Shown here one piece after another: positions 45,261-53,792 of a DNA stretch of 64,000 nt. The stretch comes from Prevotella sp. (GTDB lineage: Bacteria; Bacteroidota; Bacteroidia; Bacteroidales; Bacteroidaceae): assembly GCA_022779305.1 (NCBI GenBank), contig JALFSW010000057.1, positions 11,910-75,909 of the forward strand, read 5' to 3'. Within the stretch, counting starts at the first letter, position 1. Every line of letters starts with the position of its first letter. The notes beneath the pieces were generated by a model. That model made no database searches, was not told the DNA's origin, and was given only the letters and a program-made list of their open reading frames with translations. Position numbers and translations under genes: made by a program.

Positions 45261-46346
45261 TTATTTCTTATAATGTGGATCGTAGAATTTTTTCTTACCT
45301 ACTGTTGCTGGGAAGAACTTCTTTCTGATTTGCACTTCCACACGATCATCCATCTTTACATCGGCATCCACCAAGGCAACCGCACAACTTTTTTCAACAG
45401 AGATGAGTTTGTAGCCCGTGGTGATTTCGCCCACTTCTTTTCCGTCCTTGAACACTTTGTAGCCGTTGCGAGGGATGGCGTTGTCGTCCAACCAAATACC
45501 ACGCAAACGTTTTTCGACACCTTCTGTCTTTTGCTTCAACAAGGCTTCTTTGCCGATGAAGTTTTCTTTGTCGAATTTAACAAACATAGAGAGACCAGCC
45601 ATTACAGGTGTGATGGTTTCAGAAAGTTCATGTCCGTAGAGCGGCATACCTGCTTCAAAGCGCAAAGTGTCGCGGCAACCTAGTCCGCAAGGCGTTACAC
45701 CAGCTTCCATTAAGCCGTCCCATGCTTTTTCTATATAAGAAGGTGAACCATAGAGTTCAAAACCATCTTCACCCGTGTAGCCTGTACGAGAAATAATGAT
45801 TTCCTCACCATCTTTCTCTAACGTTTTTACTTCATAAAATTTCAAGTCGGCACAAGGAACACCCAGCTTTTCCTCGATGATTTTTTCTGATTCTGGTCCT
45901 TGAATAGCAAGCTGTGCATAGTTTTCACTTGCGAATGTGATTTCTACATTGAAGCCTTCTGCATTTTGCTTGATCCATTGACTGTCTTTTTCGATGTTTG
46001 ACGCATTTACCGTTAAAAGGAAACAGCTTTCGCCTATTTTACAGATGCAAGTATCGTCTACCACACCGCCATTTGGCATACAGAACATTCCATATAATAC
46101 CTTGCCAACAGCCAATCCTGTAACATCGTTTGTAAAAATGTAATTGACAAATTTTTCTGCTTCAGCTCCCGAGATGATAATTTCTCCCATGTGTGAAACA
46201 TCAAAAACGCCACAATGTTTTCTCACAGCATTGTGTTCTTCGATAATTCCAGCATATTGAATTGGCATATCAAATCCGCCAAATGGCGCAATCAATGCTC
46301 TCAATGCTACGTGTTTGTCATACAGACAGGTTCTTTTATTTTCCAT
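45261..46346 (-). CDS. gcvT: glycine cleavage system aminomethyltransferase T
   Basis: Motifs VFDVSHMGE, ISRTGYTGEDGFEL and RDTLRFEAG. Confidence 0.94.
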   Translation of the reverse strand: MENKRTCLYDKHVALRALIAPFGGFDMPIQYAGIIEEHNAVRKHCGVFDVSHMGEIIISGAEAEKFVNYIFTNDVTGLAVGKVLYGMFCMPNGGVVDDTCICKIGESCFLLTVNASNIEKDSQWIKQNAEGFNVEITFASENYAQLAIQGPESEKIIEEKLGVPCADLKFYEVKTLEKDGEEIIISRTGYTGEDGFELYGSPSYIEKAWDGLMEAGVTPCGLGCRDTLRFEAGMPLYGHELSETITPVMAGLSMFVKFDKENFIGKEALLKQKTEGVEKRLRGIWLDDNAIPRNGYKVFKDGKEVGEITTGYKLISVEKSCAVALVDADVKMDDRVEVQIRKKFFPATVGKKKFYDPHYKK

Positions 46347-46497
46347 ATTGTTTTAGGTTTTATAAACGATTTGTTTGTTGAGACTTCTCCTCAAGTATTT
46401 AAGGTTGTTGTCTTCTTGGTTTAGGTTTTCAAAGGGTTTCTGATTGCTATGCGTACTTTGCAAACCCGCAACTTAACCGCTTTGGTTTCTTTTGTGC

Positions 46498-46505
46498 AAA
46501 TATAG
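46498..46505 (-). promoter_or_regulatory. Bacteroidota -7 promoter box (TATATTTG on the minus strand) for the gcv operon
   Basis: Reverse complement of caaatata, about 150 nt upstream of the gcvT ATG at 46346. Confidence 0.45.
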
Positions 46506-46644
46506 CAAATAATTTAGTTACAAGCAAGAAAAACACGATAATTTCATTCGCTCTTTTGCTTAAAAATTCTTATTGAGGAAATTTCTTGTTAAAAACCTGT
46601 CTCTTCTTGATATTCTATTGGATTTATGTCGTTTTTTTAGCATT

Positions 46645-46724
46645 TTACACTTGCCTTGTAACTGAGCCTTAGTTGAACACAAAGTGAGCCTCAGTCGTTG
46701 TGCAACTGAGGCTCACTTAAAAAG
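46645..46724. repeat. palindromic-unit repeat cluster, locus D
   Basis: The sequence is ttacacttgccttg, taactgagccttagttgaacac, aaagtgagcctcagtcgttgt and gcaactgaggctcacttaaaaagc. Read on the minus strand it ends gcaagtgtaa, as locus B does on the plus strand. Confidence 0.8.
46682..46718 (-). terminator. terminator formed by two opposed repeat units, downstream of nrnA
   Basis: AAGTGAGCCTCAGT (9-nt loop) ACTGAGGCTCACTT gives a perfect 14-bp stem. On the minus strand it is followed by TGTGTT. Confidence 0.65.
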
Positions 46725-46745
46725 CGTGTGTAAATGGATGATTTT

Positions 46746-47783
46746 TTATTGCAACTCGTCCTTAAAAGCAAGAATGGCTTTCAAGACGATTTGTTCGGCT
46801 TCTTCGATAGAACAAAAGAGTTTTCCCCCCGACGCTTCTGCATGTCCGCCACCATTGAAGAATTTTGCAGCCATCGGCTGACAGCGAAAACCATTGCCCG
46901 ATCGCAGGCTCACAAGTACAAGATTGGGACGTTCTGTGTCTTCGCGCAGGGCGATGCTGAGTTTCAGTCCTTTGATTTGTTGGGGAATGTTCACTACTCC
47001 TTCCAAGTCGCCTTTGATGAAATGGAAGCGTTTCATTTCTTCTTTCGTCACGGTGAAGTAGGCTGTGTGCAGGTGATCAACAATCTTGAGCTTATTATAT
47101 AATATGTGTCCTCGCAGTTTGATGGCATTCGCAGAGTAATTATTGAACACGCGTTTATAGATTGCATCCTTGTCGATGCCTTTTGAGAGGAGTAAACTGA
47201 TAATGTAATAAATCTCTGGGCGATTAGAATTATAAGTGAAACCGCCCGTATCGGTCATCATTCCGCAATAAATACATTGTGCACACGTTTTCGACATCGC
47301 TTCGTAGCCTCCCAACTGATAAATGATGAAAAAAACAAGCTCGCATGTGCTTGAGAGTTCTGTATGAGAGATGGTTAGCGAATTGTTTGTGTCGGGGTCT
47401 AAGTGATGGTCAATGAGTAGACGTTTTGCCTTGCATTCTTCTAAAATGGAACTCATTGTATCTACTCTGGAAGTTTGATTGAAGTCTAAGTAGCAAACCA
47501 AATCTGCATCGTCAAACAATTGTTTTACCGCATCGGGCTTTTTGTCGTAACGAATGATTTCTTGTGTGCCTGGCATCCATTGTAGAAAATCAGGGAAAGC
47601 ATCTGGCAAGCATATTGAAACTTCGCTTTTTCCGATTTGTTGCAAATAGTTCTTCCATGCCAAGCATGCCCCCACCGCATCTCCGTCGGGCGATTTATGG
47701 GCACAAAGCACAATCTTTTCGGATGTGGTGATGAGTTCTGTCAGTTGATTTTGTTCTTCGTTGCTGAGCAAATTCAAGTTCAT
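46746..47783 (-). CDS. nrnA: DHH-family phosphoesterase (NrnA-type oligoribonuclease / pAp phosphatase)
   Basis: Motifs HKSPDGDAVG, DFNQ, LIDHH and a DHHA1 GGGH motif (NGGGHAEASGG). Confidence 0.8.
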   Translation of the reverse strand: MNLNLLSNEEQNQLTELITTSEKIVLCAHKSPDGDAVGACLAWKNYLQQIGKSEVSICLPDAFPDFLQWMPGTQEIIRYDKKPDAVKQLFDDADLVCYLDFNQTSRVDTMSSILEECKAKRLLIDHHLDPDTNNSLTISHTELSSTCELVFFIIYQLGGYEAMSKTCAQCIYCGMMTDTGGFTYNSNRPEIYYIISLLLSKGIDKDAIYKRVFNNYSANAIKLRGHILYNKLKIVDHLHTAYFTVTKEEMKRFHFIKGDLEGVVNIPQQIKGLKLSIALREDTERPNLVLVSLRSGNGFRCQPMAAKFFNGGGHAEASGGKLFCSIEEAEQIVLKAILAFKDELQ

Positions 47784-47982
47784 TTTTTTGTTATCTGTTT
47801 TATTGTGGTAGGTGGTGTGTAACCATTTAAAGGTTTAATTCGTTTTAAAGAAAATCGATTCTCGTTCATAGAAAGCACGAGCGGTGCGTTCGCATTTCCC
47901 TTTTAGAAACATGAAAACACTATTCTTATAGGGGGAGCACCTATTGTCTTCGACAAAATTTATATTCTCTATGGAATTTTTC

Positions 47983-48018
47983 ACCCAATTGTTCATTGTT
48001 GATTGATGAACAATTGGG
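47983..48018 (-). terminator. perfect 14-bp hairpin after the nucleotidyltransferase gene
   Basis: ACCCAATTGTTCAT (8-nt loop) ATGAACAATTGGGT, 15 nt beyond the stop at 48033. The U-tract is weak. Confidence 0.5.
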
Positions 48019-48032
48019 TAATATCTCTTGAT

Positions 48033-48944
48033 TTAAAAAAGCTTTTCGGGATAAGTGCCGTTTTCCACTAAGGCTTTTATGCGCTGAACAACGCCTTCTC
48101 TGTCGGCAGGATAAGTAACACCAAACCAAGTACTGGTGGTATCGAGTACTTGCACAATTGCCGTCTTGTCATTGATGAGTTTATTGACCATTAATGGTAT
48201 GAAGTATTCTGATTTTTTGTTTTCCAAATTGGCTGCATCCGACAGAAATTCTTTAAAGTAGGCTTCGCTATGTACGAAATAGTCGGGCGTGAAGCCCCAT
48301 ACATTCATAGAAGTAGGTGTGTTATCATCTACCGATACCCAATTTTCTGTTTCATCTAAGTACTGCACCACATTGTCATGGCGTTCAATCTTGGTGCGCT
48401 CCACAACAGTTGTCAGATTGCCATCGGCATCTGTGGCACAAAGTCCACGGGAAACAGTTCCGTTTTCGCTGAGCGTGTTGCCTACACGGAATCCCACCAT
48501 TGCATATCGGTTTTCAGAACCTTCTGGCAATTCAGACAAGAAACGTCCGATTACCTTGAAACAATCACGGTTATAGAAGTCGTCACAATTGATTACGCAG
48601 AAAGGTTCTTTGATAATGTCTTTTGCCATCAACACAGCGTGGTTGGTTCCCCATGGTTTTTCTCTTCCCTCTGGAACGCTAAAACCTTCGGGGAGAGCAT
48701 CAATACTTTGGAAAACAAGTTCGGCAGGAATATGCCCTTCATATTTTGACTGCACTTGTGTGCGGAATTGGTCTTCAAAATCTTTGCGAATGACGAATAC
48801 AATCTTTCCGAAACCTGCTTCAATGGCATCGTAGATAGAATAGTCCATGATAGTTTCTCCGTTGGGACCTAAACCATCTAATTGTTTTAGTCCGCCGTAG
48901 CGACTTCCCATGCCTGCTGCAAGTAATAATAATGTTGGCTTCAT
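48033..48944 (-). CDS. sugar-phosphate nucleotidyltransferase family protein
   Basis: Motif LLLAAGMGSRYGGLKQ (GxGxR NTP-transferase signature). Start set at MKPTLLLLAAG. Confidence 0.65.
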   Translation of the reverse strand: MKPTLLLLAAGMGSRYGGLKQLDGLGPNGETIMDYSIYDAIEAGFGKIVFVIRKDFEDQFRTQVQSKYEGHIPAELVFQSIDALPEGFSVPEGREKPWGTNHAVLMAKDIIKEPFCVINCDDFYNRDCFKVIGRFLSELPEGSENRYAMVGFRVGNTLSENGTVSRGLCATDADGNLTTVVERTKIERHDNVVQYLDETENWVSVDDNTPTSMNVWGFTPDYFVHSEAYFKEFLSDAANLENKKSEYFIPLMVNKLINDKTAIVQVLDTTSTWFGVTYPADREGVVQRIKALVENGTYPEKLF

Positions 48945-49083
48945 ATTGCTCTGTTTTATGATTAAATCTATTTCTGATGCAAAGGTAAGAAAAAGAATAG
49001 AATATTTTAGGATATGTCTAAACAAATATTTTTAGACCGTATAAAAAGCATAACTTCTTTTCGTCTATTCAATTTTATTTGTC

Positions 49084-49091
49084 TAACTTTG
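49084..49091 (+). promoter_or_regulatory. Bacteroidota -7 promoter box (TAACTTTG)
   Basis: Perfect TAnnTTTG match, 28 nt upstream of the rfbC ATG. Confidence 0.45.
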
Positions 49092-49118
49092 CCATAGAAA
49101 TTAAACAAAAATAGGAAA

Positions 49119-49667
49119 ATGGAATACATAAAAACTTCTATTGAAGGCGTTTGGATCATTGAGCCTAAAGTGTTTAGAGACCAACGGGGTTACTTTTATG
49201 AAGCATGGAAAGAGGCTGAATTTAATGCACATATTGGTTACGATGTGAACTTTGTGCAAGATAATGAATCGTGCTCTTCTTATGGTGTGTTGCGTGGTTT
49301 GCATTATCAAAAGGGCGACTTGTCACAAGCAAAATTGGTGAGAGTGCTGAAAGGCAGAGTGCTTGACGTAGCGGTTGACCTTCGACGCAATTCTCCAACA
49401 TGTGGGAAATATGTTGCTGTGGAACTGACGGATGAAAACAAACGTCAATTCTTTATTCCTCGAGGTTTTGCACATGGTTTTCTGGTGTTGTCAGACGAGG
49501 CAATCTTTACTTATAAAGTAGACAATGTGTATGCACCACAGAGCGAAGCAAGCATAAAATGGAACGACCCAACCATCGGAGTAGAGTGGGGGATTGACCC
49601 ATCGAAAGTGATTGTTTCTGAAAAGGATGAAAAAGCTTGCGCTTTTAAAGACGCTGAACTTTTTTAG
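49119..49667 (+). CDS. rfbC: dTDP-4-dehydrorhamnose 3,5-epimerase
   Basis: Motifs DQRGYFYE, RGLHYQ, LVRVLKGRVLDVAVDLR and PRGFAHGF. Confidence 0.93.
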   Translation: MEYIKTSIEGVWIIEPKVFRDQRGYFYEAWKEAEFNAHIGYDVNFVQDNESCSSYGVLRGLHYQKGDLSQAKLVRVLKGRVLDVAVDLRRNSPTCGKYVAVELTDENKRQFFIPRGFAHGFLVLSDEAIFTYKVDNVYAPQSEASIKWNDPTIGVEWGIDPSKVIVSEKDEKACAFKDAELF

Positions 49668-49803
49668 TGTCAGGAAATAAGAGTTTTACAAAGGAACAAA
49701 CATTTTATGGATGAGTAAAAAATCTCCAATATAATCCTTGTAAGAAAAAATCTTTGACGAGGGCATTTTGGAGCAATTGTTTTGTTACTTTAAGCCAAAG
49801 AAT

Positions 49804-50586
49804 ATGACACGCTTATTTCTTTTTTTATGCTTCGTGGCATTGCTTTGTTGTGGATGTGGTAAGGGTGAAAAGTCGGTACTCAGTGAAGATGAACGTGCGA
49901 AAGAACTTTTGCAAGGTATATGGGTTGCAGACGACAACAAAGAACCCGTGATGCTTGTTAAGAAAGACAGTATTTCGTTCCCCGATTCTGCTAGTGTTAC
50001 TGTGTATTTCCGTATAGATAAGGACTCAATTTATCTACACGGGCAAAGCATCAATGCTTACAAAATCCTAAAACAAACAGCCAATAGCTTTACCTTTCTC
50101 AATGAGAATGGTGAAGACGTAGTACTCTCAAAAAGCAACGATAGCAATTTGCGTGCTTCTTTCGATTACCATGTCTATGCCATGAATACATTCACGATCG
50201 AAAGATCAGATACGTTAGTAAAGATAGACAGAGGATATTATCAATGTGATATATATGCCCAAACAGGCTCTGAACGTGTCATTAAAAGCACATTCAATGA
50301 CGTGGGGCTTGAGATCGATAATGTTTATCTTGATAATGTCATCAGTGTGAACATTCAAAATGGCGGTAAACTCGTCTTTTCACATGATTTTCGAAAAGCC
50401 GAGTTTCAATCGTTGGTGGACAAAGAGTTCTTGAAAAAGAGTATTTTGAAGGCTTTGCGCTTCAGCCATACCGACATGAAAGCACTTTATTTTGAAGCAT
50501 CAATCGGTATTCCAGATGCTGCATCCAGTTATATCATAGAACTTCGGATAACGCCAGATGGAAAAATTACGAAGCGAACGAAGTAA
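49804..50586 (+). CDS. hypothetical lipoprotein
   Basis: Lipoprotein signal MTRLFLFLCFVALLCCGC. No enzyme motif recognised. Confidence 0.6.
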   Translation: MTRLFLFLCFVALLCCGCGKGEKSVLSEDERAKELLQGIWVADDNKEPVMLVKKDSISFPDSASVTVYFRIDKDSIYLHGQSINAYKILKQTANSFTFLNENGEDVVLSKSNDSNLRASFDYHVYAMNTFTIERSDTLVKIDRGYYQCDIYAQTGSERVIKSTFNDVGLEIDNVYLDNVISVNIQNGGKLVFSHDFRKAEFQSLVDKEFLKKSILKALRFSHTDMKALYFEASIGIPDAASSYIIELRITPDGKITKRTK

Positions 50587-50633
50587 GATATGAATTTAAA
50601 TATTCAATCCTCGATTTATAATTCTGTAAAAAT

Positions 50634-50674
50634 AAAGGTGTCTTGAGGATCTTGAAAATCTTCAAAACACCTTT
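50634..50674 (+). terminator. intrinsic terminator after the lipoprotein gene
   Basis: AAAGGTGTcTTGAGGAT...ATCTTCAAaACACCTTT forms a long interrupted stem, followed by TCTCTTT. Confidence 0.65.
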
Positions 50675-50833
50675 TCTCTTTCCATAGCTAATAAAGGTAT
50701 AAGAACTTACTCCTTAAGATTCATTTTTTTATATAAGTGCTTCATTAGAAGAATCTTTTTGTTTAAATGCACTGCAAAGGTAAGAATAGAATTTAACACC
50801 TGCAAATTTTTCTATTAATTCAGAAAATATTAC

Positions 50834-50841
50834 TATCTTTG
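50834..50841 (+). promoter_or_regulatory. Bacteroidota -7 promoter box (TATCTTTG)
   Basis: Perfect TAnnTTTG match, 55 nt upstream of the ATG at 50896. It overlaps the spurious TTG start of the track ORF. Confidence 0.45.
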
Positions 50842-50895
50842 TCCAAAATAAACGCTTTAGAAGAATTTTATTCTTTTAAACGTATAATATCCAGA

Positions 50896-51366
50896 ATGAT
50901 GACGGAAGAATTAGATCATATAGACATCAAAATTTTGCAAACATTGCAAAAGAACTCCAATCTCACTGTAAAGGAATTGGCATCGTGTATCAATCTATCC
51001 ACAACGCCCACTTTTGAACGGCAAAAACGATTGGAACGTGAGGGCTATATAGAACGTTATATGGCTGTGATTAATGCCGAAAAGTTAGGGAATAGGGTAA
51101 TAGCATTGTGTAATATTCGTCTAAAACAACATACACAAGCACTCATTCAAGAGTTTATGGATGCTGTTCAAACAATAGAAGAAATCACAGAATGTTATAA
51201 CACCAGTGGCGATTATGATTTCTTGATAAAGATTTATGCAAAAGATATGAAAGCTTATCAGCAATTTATGCTTAACACTTTAGGCACTATAACTTGCATT
51301 GGGAGCCTACATAGCAATTTTATTATTGCTGAAATAAAAAACACGCATGGTATTCCGATAGAATAA
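50896..51366 (+). CDS. Lrp/AsnC-family transcriptional regulator
   Basis: N-terminal wHTH LDHIDIKILQTLQKNSNLTVKELASCINLSTTPTFERQKRLEREGYI, plus a RAM/ACT-like C-terminal domain. Confidence 0.9.
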   Translation: MMTEELDHIDIKILQTLQKNSNLTVKELASCINLSTTPTFERQKRLEREGYIERYMAVINAEKLGNRVIALCNIRLKQHTQALIQEFMDAVQTIEEITECYNTSGDYDFLIKIYAKDMKAYQQFMLNTLGTITCIGSLHSNFIIAEIKNTHGIPIE

Positions 51367-51372
51367 AAAAAA

Positions 51373-51419
51373 TCGGTCATTAACTTGCTAAGACTTTTGC
51401 TTAGATTGCTAATGACCGA
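51373..51419. terminator. bidirectional hairpin between the convergent Lrp gene and trxB
   Basis: TCGGTCATTA ... TAATGACCGA forms the 10-bp outer stem, with an inner CTAAG and CTTAG pair. Confidence 0.55.
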
Positions 51420-51426
51420 ATTATGT

Positions 51427-52368
51427 TTATTTCTCTTTCTTTTCTTGTAAGAAACGTTCTGCTTCGATGGCTGCCATAGCCCCTGAACCTGCTGCGACCA
51501 CACCTTGACGATAAATCGGGTCGGCTACATCGCCTACTGCATAAACTCCTTCAACGCTTGTTGCAGTTGATTTTGGTTTTGTAACAATGAAGCCCTGTTC
51601 ATCTAATTCTAATTGATTTCCAAATATTTGTGTGTTTGGTGTATGACCGATAGCCAAGAAAAATCCATCAATAGCAATGTCGAATTCTTCTTCATTTACC
51701 TCTCCTTTATGGCGAACGAGGTGTGCACCTTCAACGCCATTCTCTCCAAACAAGCCAAGTGTATTGGTATTGAAAAGTATTTCAATGTTTTCTTGTTCTT
51801 TGACACGCTTCTGCATGATTTCAGCTGCACGCAAGTAAGGCTTTCGAACAATCATATAAACTTTCTTTGCAAGTCCTGAAAGGTACATGGCTTCTTCGCA
51901 GGCAGAGTCGCCGCCACCAACAACCGCTACGACACGTTTTCTGTAAAAGAATCCATCACAGGTTGCACATGCGCTAACTCCTTCACCACGATATTTCTCT
52001 TCGTCGGCAAGTCCCAAGTATTTTGCGCTTGCCCCTGTAGCGATGATAAGCGTATTGGCTTCTATTTGATTGCCGCGTTCATCTTCTACGATGAATGGTC
52101 GCTTGCTCAAATCAGCTTTCACGATAGATCCGTCGCGAATATCTGCACCCACATTCAATGCTTGTTGGTGCATTTCATTCATCAATTCATTGGCATCTAT
52201 ACCATCTTTAAATCCCGGAAAATTTTCAATGATAGTCGTAGTGGTCAATTGTCCTCCAGGTTGCAGACCACGATAGAGCACTGGATGCAAGTTAGAACGA
52301 CTTGCATAAATGGCTGCCGTATAGCCTGCAGGACCACTACCGATTATAAGTGTTTTTACTTTTTCCAT
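51427..52368 (-). CDS. trxB: thioredoxin-disulfide reductase
   Basis: Motifs IIGSGPAGYTAA, redox-active CATCDG, and GGGDSACEEA. Confidence 0.95.
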   Translation of the reverse strand: MEKVKTLIIGSGPAGYTAAIYASRSNLHPVLYRGLQPGGQLTTTTIIENFPGFKDGIDANELMNEMHQQALNVGADIRDGSIVKADLSKRPFIVEDERGNQIEANTLIIATGASAKYLGLADEEKYRGEGVSACATCDGFFYRKRVVAVVGGGDSACEEAMYLSGLAKKVYMIVRKPYLRAAEIMQKRVKEQENIEILFNTNTLGLFGENGVEGAHLVRHKGEVNEEEFDIAIDGFFLAIGHTPNTQIFGNQLELDEQGFIVTKPKSTATSVEGVYAVGDVADPIYRQGVVAAGSGAMAAIEAERFLQEKKEK

Positions 52369-52493
52369 ATTCCTATTTCTTTTTTTAGATTTCTTATGTG
52401 TTTACTTGCAAAGTCTGTGCCATTGTTTTTACATTGTGGCATTATTGACAGAATGCAGATTTATAGTTTCTTTAAGAGGTAGTTTTTCTTTGT

Positions 52494-53114
52494 CTATTCT
52501 ATTGGGAACAAACCGAAAAGGCGGTCGTCAATCATTGTGGTAATCTTTTGGAAGTCCTGCGGATTCTTGGCAAAATCAGTTGTGTCACCATCTACAATCA
52601 TTAGGTGTCCCTTGTAGGTCTTTATCCATTCTTCATAACGTTTGTTCAAACCTCTAAGATAGTCGATACGCATTGTTTGTTCATAATCCCTACCACGCAT
52701 TTGAATATGATCTATCAGATGTGGAACACTACACCTTATATATATAAGCAAGTCTGGCAATTTCACAAGACTCAGCATCAAGTCAAACAATTGTGTATAG
52801 TTATCAAAATCCCTATCGCTCATGAGTCCCATTTCATGGAGATTGGGAGCAAAAATGCGTGCATCTTCAAAGATTGTGCGGTCTTGAATGATGGTTTCTG
52901 AGGAACGTGCAATTTCAACAATATCACTGAAACGTTTGTTTAAGAAATAGATTTGAAGATTAAAAGCCCATCTCTCCATATCGTTGTAATAGTCTGCCAA
53001 GTAGGGATTATTGTCTACTGGTTCAAAATGCGCTTTCCAGCCATATTGTTTTGCGAGCATGGTTGTCAATGTAGTTTTTCCTGCTCCAATGTTTCCTGCT
53101 ATTGCTATGTGCAT
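52494..53114 (-). CDS. deoxynucleoside kinase (paralogue 1)
   Basis: P-loop IAGNIGAGKTT, DRTIFED, and an Arg-rich LID region (MRGRDYEQ). Confidence 0.88.
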   Translation of the reverse strand: MHIAIAGNIGAGKTTLTTMLAKQYGWKAHFEPVDNNPYLADYYNDMERWAFNLQIYFLNKRFSDIVEIARSSETIIQDRTIFEDARIFAPNLHEMGLMSDRDFDNYTQLFDLMLSLVKLPDLLIYIRCSVPHLIDHIQMRGRDYEQTMRIDYLRGLNKRYEEWIKTYKGHLMIVDGDTTDFAKNPQDFQKITTMIDDRLFGLFPIE

Positions 53115-53147
53115 ATTTTTTGTATCTGTCTTGTGATTAAAAGATTT

Positions 53148-53762
53148 TTAGAAGAGCCCGAAGAGTTCTCTATCTATTTTCTCGGTTATAAATCCAAAGT
53201 CTTTGGGGTTGTGTTGATAATCCAGATGGTCAACATCAATGGTTAACACGCGCCCCTTGTATTGTGTTTCTATAAATTCATTGTAGCGTTTGTTGATATT
53301 CTCCAAGTAATCGAGTGGCATTTTTTGTTCATAATCCCGTCCACGCTTCTCTATATTCTTTACCAAATGGCTCACTGATGCCCTTAGGTAGATCATCAAA
53401 TCGGGATATTTTGCCACGTGTGTCATCTTGTCAAAGAGTTCCATATAGGTCTCAAAGTCGCGATCATCGAGGTTTCCCATTGCGAAATTATTGGCAGTAA
53501 AGACAAACACCCCTTCATATATCGACCGATCTTGTATCACATCTTCAGTGCTACTGCTTATCTTCAACAAGTCCTTAAAGCGTTCTTTGAGGAAAAATAC
53601 TTCCATTGCGAATGACCAACGCTTTATGTCTTTATAGAAATCTTCAAGATATGGATTGTACTCAACCGACTCAAACATCGGTTTCCAACCATATTGTTTC
53701 GCAAGCATAGAAGTTAAGGTGGTTTTCCCGCTTCCTATATTTCCTGCTATTGCTATGTGCAT
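53148..53762 (-). CDS. deoxynucleoside kinase (paralogue 2)
   Basis: P-loop IAGNIGSGKTT, DRSIYEG and KRGRDYEQ. By eye roughly half the residues are identical to the downstream paralogue. Confidence 0.88.
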   Translation of the reverse strand: MHIAIAGNIGSGKTTLTSMLAKQYGWKPMFESVEYNPYLEDFYKDIKRWSFAMEVFFLKERFKDLLKISSSTEDVIQDRSIYEGVFVFTANNFAMGNLDDRDFETYMELFDKMTHVAKYPDLMIYLRASVSHLVKNIEKRGRDYEQKMPLDYLENINKRYNEFIETQYKGRVLTIDVDHLDYQHNPKDFGFITEKIDRELFGLF

Positions 53763-53792
53763 AGTGGTTTAAAAAGTGACTTTGTGAATGTT

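Noticed and set aside
46347-46497. Glycine riboswitch in the gcvT leader
   Set aside because: The leader lacks the GGAGAG ... ACCGAAGGGGCAA type conserved cores. Only two small generic hairpins are visible (GGGTTT...AAACCC and TTGAG...CTCAA).
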